From the NCBI GenBank assembly GCA_000182565.2, contig KQ257463.1: a stretch of 29,788 bases of DNA. One strand, written 5' to 3'. This DNA is from Spizellomyces punctatus DAOM BR117 (lineage: Eukaryota). Every line of letters starts with the position of its first letter. Position 1 is the stretch's first letter. The position numbers and the translations under genes were made by a program. Below the pieces are notes generated by a model, which saw only the letters and a list, made by a program, of their open reading frames with translations, was not told where the DNA came from and did no database searches. This document shows positions 1-10,720 of the stretch, in pieces.

Positions 1-1171
1 GGCATCGGAAATCCATCTGATCAAAGAGAAGTTGTTAGAGTGACGAATTCCCTTAGGTGCAGAAAGCAATATAATCACCGACTCTGGTATCACGAGCTTA
101 TCCGTTTTGTTTGAGTAGTTCGACGATGGGTTGGCTCTCATTCATGAACCTGAGCAGAGTCAGTAATCTTTGTCGTGGCCAAAATAATGCAAGACCACCC
201 AAGTCTACCTACTTTGTATATTTTTCGCTGACACCAGTGGAATCCAATCCCGCACTCCCTTGTTGAATTTCTACCCTGCAGACATCACACAAAGGAACCA
301 TGTTCGCAGTTTTGTCCTTTATCGTGTAAAGAGGTCATTCCCAACATCGTGACCATGTCGAACGTTCTCAGAATCGAAGAATCCATACCAACATTGCAAA
401 ATCGAGTGCCGAGAACTCCTTGTTACATACTGGACACTTGTAAGGCATGTTGGCCATTTGCTACGGTGATCGGGACAATATATTATATCCAGCGCACGAA
501 TGTACGTCAAACGAGCAGGGCACAGAAATAGTACCATTTGAACCTCCTTCTCTATCATTTTCCCGATCTTGTAGATCTTCCATTTGACTACATCAACAAA
601 GTGCTTGTAATCGATATAGTAGTAAGATCTGTTGATCTTTCTTTGAGGCCTATTCTCCACCGCTGGACCGATCTGCTCCCCTCGCGCTTCGCTGCAGAAC
701 TCTATCAGAAGAAAGCTCGCCAACGAGTGTCACATCCAAGAACAGCTATCTTACACTTTCACGAGTCCATCCGATTTTAGCTTTCCGCAGACCTTGTGGA
801 GCTCTTTTGACTGTACTCTGAGTGCTCTGGCCAGTTCCTCATCTCGCTGGCTGCAAACCAATGTGGGATAAATTCAGCGAATGGTACACAGTTCCTGTCG
901 GACAATCAAGACTCTAGATAATGTCACAGACTTCACAGCCAGCCCATGAATCCACCATTTTCCCTTCTCAGTATGATGCACACTTGCTATACGATGGTTG
1001 TGGACATCAATGTCAAGTCATGGCAACTTACGAATTGACTCGAGACAGCAAGTCGAGCACTATTATGTGCTTTGGTTCATAGTAAGCCCGTGCTACTAGA
1101 GCGACGAGCTTTCGTAGAATTCCCTTAGCTGCTGCCGTTTCTTTGGCAGTTGGTGGTGCTATCGTCGACAT
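1..1171 (-). CDS. TFA1: Transcription initiation factor TFIIE alpha subunit (multi-exon, 3' end runs off the window)
   Basis: Spliced translation from ATG 1171: MSTIAPPTAKETAAAKGILRKLVALVARAYYEPKHIIVLDLL...QRDEELARALRVQSKELHKVCGKLKSDGLV...RSYYYIDYKHFVDVVKWKIYKI...YKCPVCNKEFSALD...FVCDVCRVEI...FMNESQPIVELLKQTD. This is the winged-helix plus zinc-ribbon pattern of TFIIE-alpha, with GT-AG introns. Confidence 0.93.
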
Positions 1172-1374
1172 CCTGCTCGTCAACGTTATGATGGAGAGGC
1201 TTTTGGGGGTTCAGTTCTGCTATTCAAGCGACTTCAGATTAGCAGGACGATTGATGAGTCATCACGCACCCGACCTTACAGGCTTTGCAAGATCGCCGTT
1301 CATTTTCGGCGAGCTTCACATCCAAACGAACGGCACACCACCTTGGACAACTGCGAGGTTAACGATGTGGCGAC
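1172..1374. promoter_or_regulatory. Short divergent intergenic region, probable bidirectional promoter for TFA1 and WDR24
   Basis: Only ~200 bp separates the head-to-head start codons at 1171 (-) and 1375 (+). Confidence 0.5.
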
Positions 1375-4300
1375 ATGAAGAAGGCAGTGCTTTCCAACAT
1401 TGTGCCATCTAAAGGGTCAAGCATACGGCAACAGTTACTTGGCTCGACGGATAGTGGGGGACAGCCTTCCGAAACTGCCTCAACGTCGCGACATGGCGGT
1501 AATTGTTCGAGTTTCTTCCTTTTATTATGGCGGGTGGCTTTCATGTCTAACGATCTCCAATAGTAGGTGAGAGCCTCACAGGTAGCCAGTCATTGGCAAG
1601 CACGGGTCCAGGAGGCGATAAGACGGCAGTGCCCTCTACCTTACAGCGCCCAGTGCGCTTCCGGTTGACCGGAGCATTAAGCGCTCTATCGGCCTCTCCA
1701 GAGCAGGACTGGGTAGCAGTGGCCGGCCGAGAAGGTAGGGAGTGTAGGCTTTGGCAGTCAGAACTTTGGAGATTGGAGGTGAACTGATATGCGCCATTTC
1801 AGTCTTGAAGATATTATCTGTGTATGACAAGGATGTAAAAGAGGTCCTGAATCTTCGTGGGGGAGTCAAGCTCAACCTTAACTTCAGTATAAATGATGTG
1901 AAATGGGGAAATATATGTACGTATTGGCGTTTGCTTCAAGCAGCGCGAATTCCTAACCTAGTGATCAAAATACATAGTTGCCAAAAGCACAATAGCTACA
2001 GCCGCGACCAACGGTGCCGTGGCTATATGGGATTTGAATCGTCCAAATGCTCAGAAATTAGGTATTAATCAGCGAGATCCGTTCGCGGCACTTCTGTGTA
2101 GCTGATGACCCATCTTTAGAGAGGATATTGACGGAACACACACGGGCGGTGAATCGTATAAATTTTCATCCAACCGAACCTGTTCTTTTGTTGAGTGCTT
2201 CGCAGGACGGGACGATGAGACTTTGGGTAAGCATAGAGTGCACCCACTTCACAGTCTCCAAACTTACCTTTCCGCATTTAAGGACCTGCGCGCTAAAAGC
2301 ATTGCCCGAAACGCCTTTGAGGGAAAGGCCGAGAGTGTTAGAGATGTACAGTTTAGTCCGACGAACACGTTCGAGTTTGTAGCGGCTTTCGAGAATGGAA
2401 CTATCCAAGTAATAATATTGGGTTCGATGCAACAGAGGCCAGTCGTATTAACCCTTTCAATAGAAATGGGATATCCGCTACCCCACGCAATATGAGCGCA
2501 AATGGAGTGCCCACAATGGGTTGGCCCTTACGGTGGATTGGCACCCGGAGGGTCGCTGGGTGGCAAGTGGAGGGCGTGATCGACAGATAAAGGTCTGCAC
2601 TTAGCATGGGCATCTGAGTCCCAAGAGACCTTTATATACTGAGCTTCTATATTACTTGGACAGATTTGGGATATGAAGTCTGACAGCCGAAAGCCGCTTT
2701 ACGCGATTCAAACTATTGCGCCTGTGTCTCGTGTAAACTGGCGTCCAGGACATGAAAGTCAGCTTGCCTGCTGTGCCCTGTCAACGGACTTCCGGATCCA
2801 TACGTGGGATGTCGGAAGACCGTATATTGCCCAACATTCCATTGAGGCTCATGATGGAGTTATAACCGGTACGCAAGTCACTGCCGATGAATCTCCGCAT
2901 AACCGTTTGTGACTCTTCTTCAGGATTTTTATGGCGAGATGCGAATAGCATATGGTCCTGTTCAAAAGATCGCACTTTTGCACGCCATGATATCCGTACA
3001 GGCTACAAGCCTCTCAGTCTACTGAACACCTGCGCCGTGAATTGGAACGTCAATGGCGATATAACCTTTGCCATTGATGAGCGCCGACAGGATCCCGCGA
3101 TGGAAGACAGCAGGGCAATGCCCACGGGGTCAAATTATCCCCTGCGAAGAGCGTTTCGTAAACCGATGGTGCCCGAGCGCAGCACAAGCGATGATAAGGT
3201 GAGATTCTTCGAGCATTGCCTGTCCATTTTTCCCATCTTATACCTTGGCAATGCGAAATTTTACCCGCAAAAATAGATTCCGCAACATCGACCGCGTCAG
3301 AAAGTAGGCGTCGTGGATACCGAAACGTTCGATGACTATGCGTTTGTTGTGCTCGCTCAAGATTATGCGATAGAGAGCGACGATATTTGGTCGTCCTGTC
3401 AGCACAACGCGGAGGTGAGGGGGATATCATCAAAATAACGAAATCCCACCGCTGACCCTGGTGTAATTAGGTCGCCATAGATCTTGAACTGCACCGAACA
3501 GCACAGACATGGAAAATCTTGCAGTTATTGTACGGAACTGAACCATCGGAATCTCGGAATTTGACAAAACTCTTCGGACATCCAAACAAGCAGGATGACC
3601 ACAATTGGGATCGTCAAGCAGGTTCGCTGGAGGTTACTGTTAGAGTTTCCAATATCGGTCGCTCATCGTCTCATGTTTATAGGAAACACCCCCGTCGGCA
3701 GGGCTACAGACGTCGATCCCCAGTTAACTGTCGGTAGCGCGCAATCGGATTCTGCGCTGCTGACCGAGATGATGAGGCCAAATGCGGAAGGATGGATGAG
3801 AGACTACGTTGTGCCGCACGGGTCTCAGCGACGCGGTTCGCTATCACCACACCACGATCAACAGGAATTGGTCACGGAAAGTGACATTGATAGCGATGAA
3901 GGATATACGGAGGAAGAACAGCATGACGATGACGGAGATTCAGATGACTCGGAGTCGTCCTTCACATATGGCCTGAAAGTGGGCGCCGGACGAAGAACAT
4001 TGGCTCGTTTCGGAATTGGGACAAACAAAATCTTGAAGCCTTTTTATGGCGGAAAGTCAAACCAGAACCAGTCGCATAGCAAACGTGACAGCAGCAAAGG
4101 GAGACACAAGCATAGTCAACGCACGGTGAAGAGTGCCAAAGTTGTTCATCAAGACGTGGTGATTCCACTTTGGAATCCGGAGGACTTGGTGAGGGATATG
4201 TTAGAATACTATGCGGAACAAGCCAATGTCCAGATGTGTGCCACCATCCTGTTAGTATTAAAGGATCGAATCAGGGCAGGAGAGGAGAAAGAAGAGCTAT

Positions 4301-4925
4301 GGTTCTGTTCCTACATTGGTAAGAAAGAGAATTCGGTTCGACGACGCCCATCGCCCATTGATGCACTCTAATCTTTTGCAGATCTCTTGCATAGGTTTAA
4401 ACTTTGGACAGCTGCTACAGCAATTATTCGAGCGTGTCCTTTGGCCTCCGTGAGGGTTCGCAATCAGGTAGGAACGCTGTCTATGCATGCATTTCACAGG
4501 CGAATATTGATTGTCGCAATCCTGTGCCTAGGAATCCACAACACTCCACACAATATGTTGCCATTGTGGGAAGCCTATGCCGAACATACACACTCCAAAT
4601 TGGGCTTGCGAGAGTTGTGGGAAATTACAAAATCCTTGCTCCTTTTGGTACGTTGAAGCAATCCGGTTCTGAGGCCCAAACATACTAACCTAGGACACTT
4701 GCAGCCATAAAACAGCAAAAGGGTTGTATATATGGTGTCAAGGCTGTGCACATGGTGGACACCTAGACTGCTTAAAAGGTGAATTGGACAAGCTGGAACT
4801 CACTCGTCTACGCTGGTATTAACACACTGCGTTTAGAGTGGTTTTCGCATAGTTTAGAGTGCTGCACAGGGTGTGGGCATCAATGTGTATCAAAATTCTT
4901 TGCACTTCCACGCGGTGTATTATAG
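1375..4925 (+). CDS. WDR24: GATOR2/SEACAT subunit WDR24 (Sea2/Rtc1): N-terminal WD40 propeller and C-terminal RING-like zinc domain, multi-exon
   Basis: Exons encode VAVAGRE/VLKIL, NFSINDVKW, TEHTRAVNRINFHPTEPVLLLSASQDGTMRLW, AESVRDVQFSP, FENGTIQ/KWDIR, AHNGLALTVDWHP, IQTIAPVSRVNWRP, DMLEYYAEQANVQMCAT, WCQGCAHGGHLDCLK/EWFSHSLECCTGCGHQC. Stop TAG at 4923-4925. The start at 1375 is inferred. Confidence 0.92.
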
Positions 4926-5022
4926 GCAAGATCAATACGTAAGGGATTACTGTACAGTGAAATAATGGGTGTAACGCTAACGCTGACATACGTCGCATGA
5001 TGATCTCCATGACATTATGGAA

Positions 5023-6349
5023 TCAAAAAGATAATGGCTTCTTTGCAGGAGCCCTGCTGATTTCCAACCGTTCGTACCCTTTACAGATCAGTACATTTTT
5101 TAGCCTCTCAAAGTTACGGGGCGCCAACCCCTGAATATCCTTCATGACCACCTTTCGCAATTTGGCCATCCTTAATAACCAGTCCATTTCGCGACCGGAT
5201 GACAGTCTCATCTTGGATGCAACAAAGATTTCTAAGCTTTCACCAGAATGAGGATATGAGCCCTGATTTACCTCGGCCCAACCACCGCTCGACACCTTGG
5301 TTCCACTCATATCAAGTTCGCGAAGACGAGAACAACGAAATAGTAGCGGTCCAATGCAAACATTATCGAACTGAGGACAATCCCTCACGGAAAGTACTTC
5401 GAGAAAGGCCATGTCTCCCAGTGCAACAAATCCGACTTGTGCAATATTGAAACACTCGGTAAGATTCAGGTGTTTGAGGTGTCGAAATAGATGAAGAAAA
5501 ACGCATAGATCGGTGGAATTCAGTCGCTTACATCCGCTGAGGTTCAGCGTTTCGAGCTTTCCGTGGGTGAAGGTCAATCCATTGTTTCGACCCACAATGG
5601 CTAGTGTCTTGGTCAGATTTTCCAATTTATCACATCCGGAAAGGTCCAAGCTTCTCATATTTGGGCAATTACTGATAAGAAGAGCGATGGATGCAGATCC
5701 AAGAAACTTTGCAGGATCCCATGTATGTTGGAGGACTTGCACCGTCTCCACCCATTGCCGCGCTCCCCGCTGTGATCTCGATGGATTTCCCTCCAGTAAA
5801 AGACGTAGAGTTTCCACACGTATCATAGAGCAACAGGCACCCAAACTTGTCAGATCGAGATGCTTCCAGAAGGGCGCCATGCAAGCCGCAAAAGCAAACG
5901 ATGGCCAATACGCATACCAGCCCTTGTTCAGGAGTCGAAATTTGAGGACAGTAGGAAGATCATCCGCATACAACATGATCAATGCCAAGAGTTCGAGAGG
6001 TAAAGGACGGCGGGTCGTTTCTTTGGGCTCCTTGTTGTTCCCGCGAGCCAGCGGGGAGGCGGAGCACAATGGCTCTGCAGTAGTCCCCAATTGTGATTTA
6101 CTGCACAGGATGCGGCCGCGACGTGATGACTTTCGTGATATGAGATCCAACTGGTTCCCGTCCACTGATAACCAGAGACTATGAATACACCAAGCATGTC
6201 ACGTCGGAATATTCGCAAGGTTCAAACTCACCTCCTCCCAGCTCCTTTGTTTGCACGACATTAACAGTAAGAGGTTCCGATTTCGACAGCTTGAGACGAC
6301 GGCGACGACGAGGAGAGCCTATTATTCTATAAATCGTACTGACAAACAT
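5023..6349 (-). CDS. F-box and leucine-rich-repeat (AMN1/FBXL-type) protein
   Basis: F-box motif LPLELLALIMLYADDLPTVLKFRLLNKGW, then Cys-containing LRRs (MRSLDLSGCDKL, LETLNLSGCKRL, LKHLNLTECFNI, LEVLSVRDCPQF, LRELDMSGTKV). Probable first exon 6232-6349 (MFVSTIYR...ELGG) joins in frame through a GTGAGT...TCAG intron at 6165-6231. Confidence 0.8.
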
Positions 6350-6517
6350 GTCTATGCCGAGGAGAAAGGAGCGAGGAAGGATGGTGTTTGAAGAACGCTT
6401 GAAGGCTGCGCACGCGAATACCAATATTTACGTGAAGGTCGCGGGGGTTACACGGAGGTGAATCTCGTGACCTCGCTATTAAAATCCAATAATCACAACT
6501 GCAACCTATTAATAGGC

Positions 6518-6604
6518 ACAAGTTGGTTATTTGAATTATTTACTTATTTGACATCTTTTGAAAAGTGGAAACGAAATTAGAAACTATCTGCATAAAAACA
6601 ATAA
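6518..6604 (+). repeat. Direct repeat copy 1 (87 bp, AT-rich)
   Basis: ACAAGTTGGTTATTTGAATTATTTACTTATTTGACATCTTTTGAAAAGTGGAAACGAAATTAGAAACTATCTGCATAAAAACAATAA matches 9896-9981 with 5 substitutions and 1 indel by manual alignment. Confidence 0.95.
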
Positions 6605-7216
6605 GTCGACTTGCAAGAGGACCTGGTTGACTGGGATAGAGTTCCTTACTTTCGCAGCACATAGCCCCAACAGCTCGGTCACAATATTCTGTTAACTGTC
6701 TCTGCGGCTGAACAAGAACTCTACATAGGACATCTGACGGATATCTCACCATACCAGTCAGTATTTCACAGAAAGAAATTGTAGCGCCGGCCAGATAGCA
6801 GATCCAAGCACTGGATAGTCGCTTCCACAAGTTCTATTTGTACTTGGAAATGCCTTCGAGCGATGTGCGTTGGGAGAACAGACGCCGTACCCCGAGCCCA
6901 AAACATCACACCTAGGAAACCCTCACTCAAATCTATCAGAAACCTGCCTTGCAACCAGAGCGCACCGCACCGGTGAATTGCATGAAAAAGAATAGCATCT
7001 ATTTTAAGCATCCCGTCTATCAAAACCATTAAGTGCGCATGGTTTGACAGGCAAATGCTACTATTAATAGAGATAATGTCACTACTAATACGTTGAGAAT
7101 TTCGACCGACCATTAATGTTATTCAATGCCTCTGACAGCTGCTGCCATAGATAGGCAGCTGCACAGGAGGAGAACCCGATACGTCTTCGGCTGCCATCGC
7201 TTCTTAGCGCATTAAG

Positions 7217-9781
7217 ATGGCCCACATCCATATTCTTGAGCAACAGCACTCAAGTTATGTGAACGAATTTCTCTTAAATACACGCGGAATGCCTCCCTTG
7301 CCAGAGTGCACACCTGACCAAGACCCTCGCAAGGACTTGAACATTCACAGAACCTATCACGAGACATCGACATCGTTCACAACCCAGAGAGAATTCTTGC
7401 AGAACTGGATTGATCAATGTCGTTCATTGGCTAGAGGAGAACCTGCCTTTGTAGCAACGGAGTGCCGGGTTGGCAACGTCGGGAAGGTCAGATTCTTTGG
7501 TGTTTGTGATAAAACCACCCTATTGGCGTTGGGATACGTCTGTGAGCTGATTTTGACGGATCCGAAAGGGGAGGCTGCCGTCAGAACCTACTTTACCAAT
7601 TATGGGACGGTGCTGAAGCGACATATGATGGCAATGGGAAAATCCAGCAAACGCAATGACACCCGCAGTGCCGGCTATTTTGGGGAAGGGGTCAAGGTGG
7701 CTATTAACCGACTAACTGCCGAGGGTGCCCGCGTGCGATATTTCACTGGATGGAATCTGTGGACCTTTGAGTACGACCAGGAAGATATTTTACAACTCAG
7801 GTTCCAACACCTTTCCAGCCCACAGGCCACTACCGCAATAGTTGATCTGCTGAACGATTCCGGAGTACGCTTTCCTCTACGGCGAAACTTCACGCTTCGG
7901 CCCATTGACACCGCCGACTATCTATTCCTGCATCGAGCCGCATACCCGAACATCCAAACCAATATTCTAAGGACTACGGACATCGAAGTGATTGTTGATG
8001 TTCCGGAATTATTCGGCAACTTGTACGTGAAAGACATCAAATGCATCGCAGATACAGACCTCCGCGTGAAAGGCCGTGTGGACGGGAAGAGTGTTGAGTG
8101 GGGATTTGCTGTGAATTATATCGGGCCACAGACGAACTACAATTTGTTAGGGTTGAGTCGGGACCGAAACACTCTGTATCCGGGCAAAATCCTACGCTTT
8201 GTTCCCGGTTTATTCAGTTCACTCGATACACTGATCTCGCCAAGCGATAAGCGCACGTTCGCTGCCTATCTATTAAAGATGTTGATGCAGCAGTCTCAAA
8301 CATCTGGGGGGCTTTCCAACCAACTCCGCAACTCTAATGATAGAAAGGTCGACCAGATCTTTGCAGATTACATCTTTTTTGCCCTCGCATCGTCTGTTGC
8401 CATGCGTCCGCTAGTCGAAGACGATCTTCAGCACTTCTTTCCTTTCTTGAAATACGAGCAGGATGATGCGAAACAGGCAACTTATCTGGGAGCCTACGTC
8501 ATTGAAGTTCCGCAAGATGTGTTCAACATCCTTGAACTCTCCAGATTTTATCAGAAGCTTACCCAATTATGGGACCGGAAGAAAGAGGAGGCAAAACGAC
8601 AGCCTGACTATGACCTTTCGCCGATTGCCGCATTTGCAGATGATTTATGTAAAGCTATCTATTCATTCTTCCAAATCCCTCGTGAGGCCATCGCATTCAA
8701 GGCTTTCCCGATCAATCGCGAAAACCCGAACCAGACCGTTGTCATCGACGTCCCTGTTCCAAATCTTCCTAGCGGCAAGGGATATATCATTGACGGGAAC
8801 TTATTAAATCGACCCGCTGCACACCGAATTCAACGTAAGCAGACTGGGGAGAAATGTGATAGGACTGATTGTATGTGTGTGCAGATGTGCGTTATTGATG
8901 CGTTGAAGGTGCTTCTGTCAAACGGAAACCGTTCCATGCAACGTAAACTGGAGAAAACGATGTTGAGGAGGAGTTTAGAGGGCTTCATGCAAAACTTGCC
9001 CCCCTCTGTTGCGCAAGAAGAGGAAGAGCAGCAGAAGATTGGAAGCGCCTTCAGTAATCCGAGGGAGCAAGAGACGAATCCTGGTGGCACCCCTTTGCGC
9101 TCATCCTCAACAGGCGAAGCGGGCAATCGCCGCCATACGGGTACCAAAACTCAACCTCCACCCGATATTGCGCAGGACACCGGTGATGAAGGCCCTCGTC
9201 TTCCTGTCAAGCCAACTGACTTGGAATCCTTGGCGAATGATATTGTAAGAGACGTCCAAGAATATGCGCGCAATGCCAGCTCTAGTGCCCCAGACTCTAT
9301 CCTCCACGTCGCGAATCCAGTCAAGAAATGGAAACTGGTGACGTGTGACGGATGTCCTTGTTTGAACCTCGTAAAAGTTCACAATCTCTACATCGACGCC
9401 AATACCACTTCCCCACCCGGAGCAGAAATTCTTAACCTTCGTGATGTCTTCTGGGACCTCGTTCTCGCACCTCTGGCAAATCTCTTCAAATATCCGAAAA
9501 CCAAGGTGCACATATTTTGGGAAGGTAAGGGTTTGATAGCGTTCAACAAAGGCGGAATCCTCTACTACAACCTTCGATATTTTGATGTGCTGCACCGGAA
9601 GAGAGTCGAGTCGTATGAGATTCCGGAGGTTTTGATGTGGTGGTTCGTCATATTTGCCCATGAATGCGCACACAATGTAGCATCCGGACATGACAAAGAA
9701 CACGAATGGGCAGAGGAGATTCTGATTCAGAAACATTTATCAGATTTGATGGAGTTATGTACGACGTACAAGAACTATTAA
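7217..9781 (+). CDS. Intronless 854-aa protein: N-terminal GHKL (Bergerat-fold) ATPase-like domain and C-terminal HExxH zincin (WLM/SprT-like) metallopeptidase-like domain
   Basis: Uninterrupted 2565-nt ORF. N-box REFLQNWID (aa 58-66), G1-like TNYG, G2 box MGKSSKRNDTRSAGYFGEGVKVA (GYFGEG at aa 153-158). C-terminus IAFNKGGILYYNLRYF...WWFVIFAHECAHNVASGHDKEH (HECAH at aa 815-819). Internal His/Cys clusters HRIQ...CDRTDCMC and CDGCPC. Confidence 0.82.
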   Translation: MAHIHILEQQHSSYVNEFLLNTRGMPPLPECTPDQDPRKDLNIHRTYHETSTSFTTQREFLQNWIDQCRSLARGEPAFVATECRVGNVGKVRFFGVCDKTTLLALGYVCELILTDPKGEAAVRTYFTNYGTVLKRHMMAMGKSSKRNDTRSAGYFGEGVKVAINRLTAEGARVRYFTGWNLWTFEYDQEDILQLRFQHLSSPQATTAIVDLLNDSGVRFPLRRNFTLRPIDTADYLFLHRAAYPNIQTNILRTTDIEVIVDVPELFGNLYVKDIKCIADTDLRVKGRVDGKSVEWGFAVNYIGPQTNYNLLGLSRDRNTLYPGKILRFVPGLFSSLDTLISPSDKRTFAAYLLKMLMQQSQTSGGLSNQLRNSNDRKVDQIFADYIFFALASSVAMRPLVEDDLQHFFPFLKYEQDDAKQATYLGAYVIEVPQDVFNILELSRFYQKLTQLWDRKKEEAKRQPDYDLSPIAAFADDLCKAIYSFFQIPREAIAFKAFPINRENPNQTVVIDVPVPNLPSGKGYIIDGNLLNRPAAHRIQRKQTGEKCDRTDCMCVQMCVIDALKVLLSNGNRSMQRKLEKTMLRRSLEGFMQNLPPSVAQEEEEQQKIGSAFSNPREQETNPGGTPLRSSSTGEAGNRRHTGTKTQPPPDIAQDTGDEGPRLPVKPTDLESLANDIVRDVQEYARNASSSAPDSILHVANPVKKWKLVTCDGCPCLNLVKVHNLYIDANTTSPPGAEILNLRDVFWDLVLAPLANLFKYPKTKVHIFWEGKGLIAFNKGGILYYNLRYFDVLHRKRVESYEIPEVLMWWFVIFAHECAHNVASGHDKEHEWAEEILIQKHLSDLMELCTTYKNY

Positions 9782-9793
9782 CAAGAACTATTA
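9768..9793 (+). repeat. 13-bp perfect tandem duplication overlapping the stop codon
   Basis: ACAAGAACTATTA twice (9768-9780, 9781-9793), followed by a partial ACTATT. Confidence 0.9.
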
Positions 9794-9895
9794 ACTATTT
9801 TGCGTTGGTGGTAGGCAATACCATTAGAGCGGGCGTATCAGATTGTATCAGGGATTTGTAGTGTGCTAATGTATATAGGTTATCACCCCAATCGT

Positions 9896-9981
9896 ACAAG
9901 TTGGTTATTTGAATTATTGATTTATTTGACATCTTTTGAAAAGTGAAACGGAATTAGAAACTGTCTGCATGAAAACAATAA
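9896..9981 (+). repeat. Direct repeat copy 2 (86 bp)
   Basis: ACAAGTTGGTTATTTGAATTATTGATTTATTTGACATCTTTTGAAAAGTGAAACGGAATTAGAAACTGTCTGCATGAAAACAATAA, about 93% identical to 6518-6604 and in the same orientation. Confidence 0.95.
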
Positions 9982-10720
9982 TGCAAATGCATTCTGCTAG
10001 TTGGAAATAGGTTTGTTAGGTAGCCTGTCAATCGCGTACGGATTTCCTTCATCAAATGGTATGCTAAATATCATGTCGAAATCGAGCATTTTATTTAGGC
10101 ATTGACTTGGGATCACCATCTTTTGGCAAGAACCCTTTTGGCATCATAGTTTATCTGACATGGTGCATCATGATAATCCTACTCCTCAGCTATCGTGATG
10201 TCCATCTTTCAGAATCCCCTGCTATTAACTGTAATATCTGCCTACTTTAGACGTTACCATGAAGGATGGTTAGAATATTTGTTCAGAATGGATCCACAGA
10301 TATCAACCTTGCTGTAGCAATGATATAGCATAATAATGTGCCATCTCTGACACTTGCAAAATACGGTAATGGCCTCAATCCCACATTAGAACTGCCATTG
10401 TAGCGGTTAAGCAAGTTGGAGTGCGTAATAGTACCAGCAATTGTCGGCTGCGTTTCTGGCCAATTAGCCAAATCCCTTGTTGCGCTTTAAGGACGAGAAT
10501 GAACATACTAATCGACGTGAGTCAAGTAGAACTTTCGATCGTTACAAAGAATCATATTCACCTCCTGAACCCAACTGAATCCGAGTACTTGCAAGGAAAA
10601 TAACAAATGCAATGTTGCAATTTGACCATTAAGGATATCAATACGACATATCGCCCGCCTCTCATACATGCTCCTAGTTTCATATATACACCATCTAATG
10701 CAATCGCTATCGCCGTGCTA

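Noticed and set aside
5513-6184. 223-aa plus-strand ORF and similar antisense ORFs (9107-9736, 16775-17236, 18481-19044, 22037-22669, 23518-24075)
   Set aside because: Shadow ORFs opposite well-supported genes, with no independent protein signatures.
6540-7113. Minus-strand ORFs of 96 and 115 aa upstream of the cassette gene
   Set aside because: No recognisable motifs or convincing splice model. One runs through the non-coding repeat, where the second copy has a frameshifting indel.
6518-9981. Direct repeats read as the LTRs of a retrotransposon, or as Helitron ends
   Set aside because: No TG...CA termini, PBS/PPT, gag or pol, and no GC-rich subterminal hairpin with CTRR. The enclosed ORF has no transposase or RT motifs.
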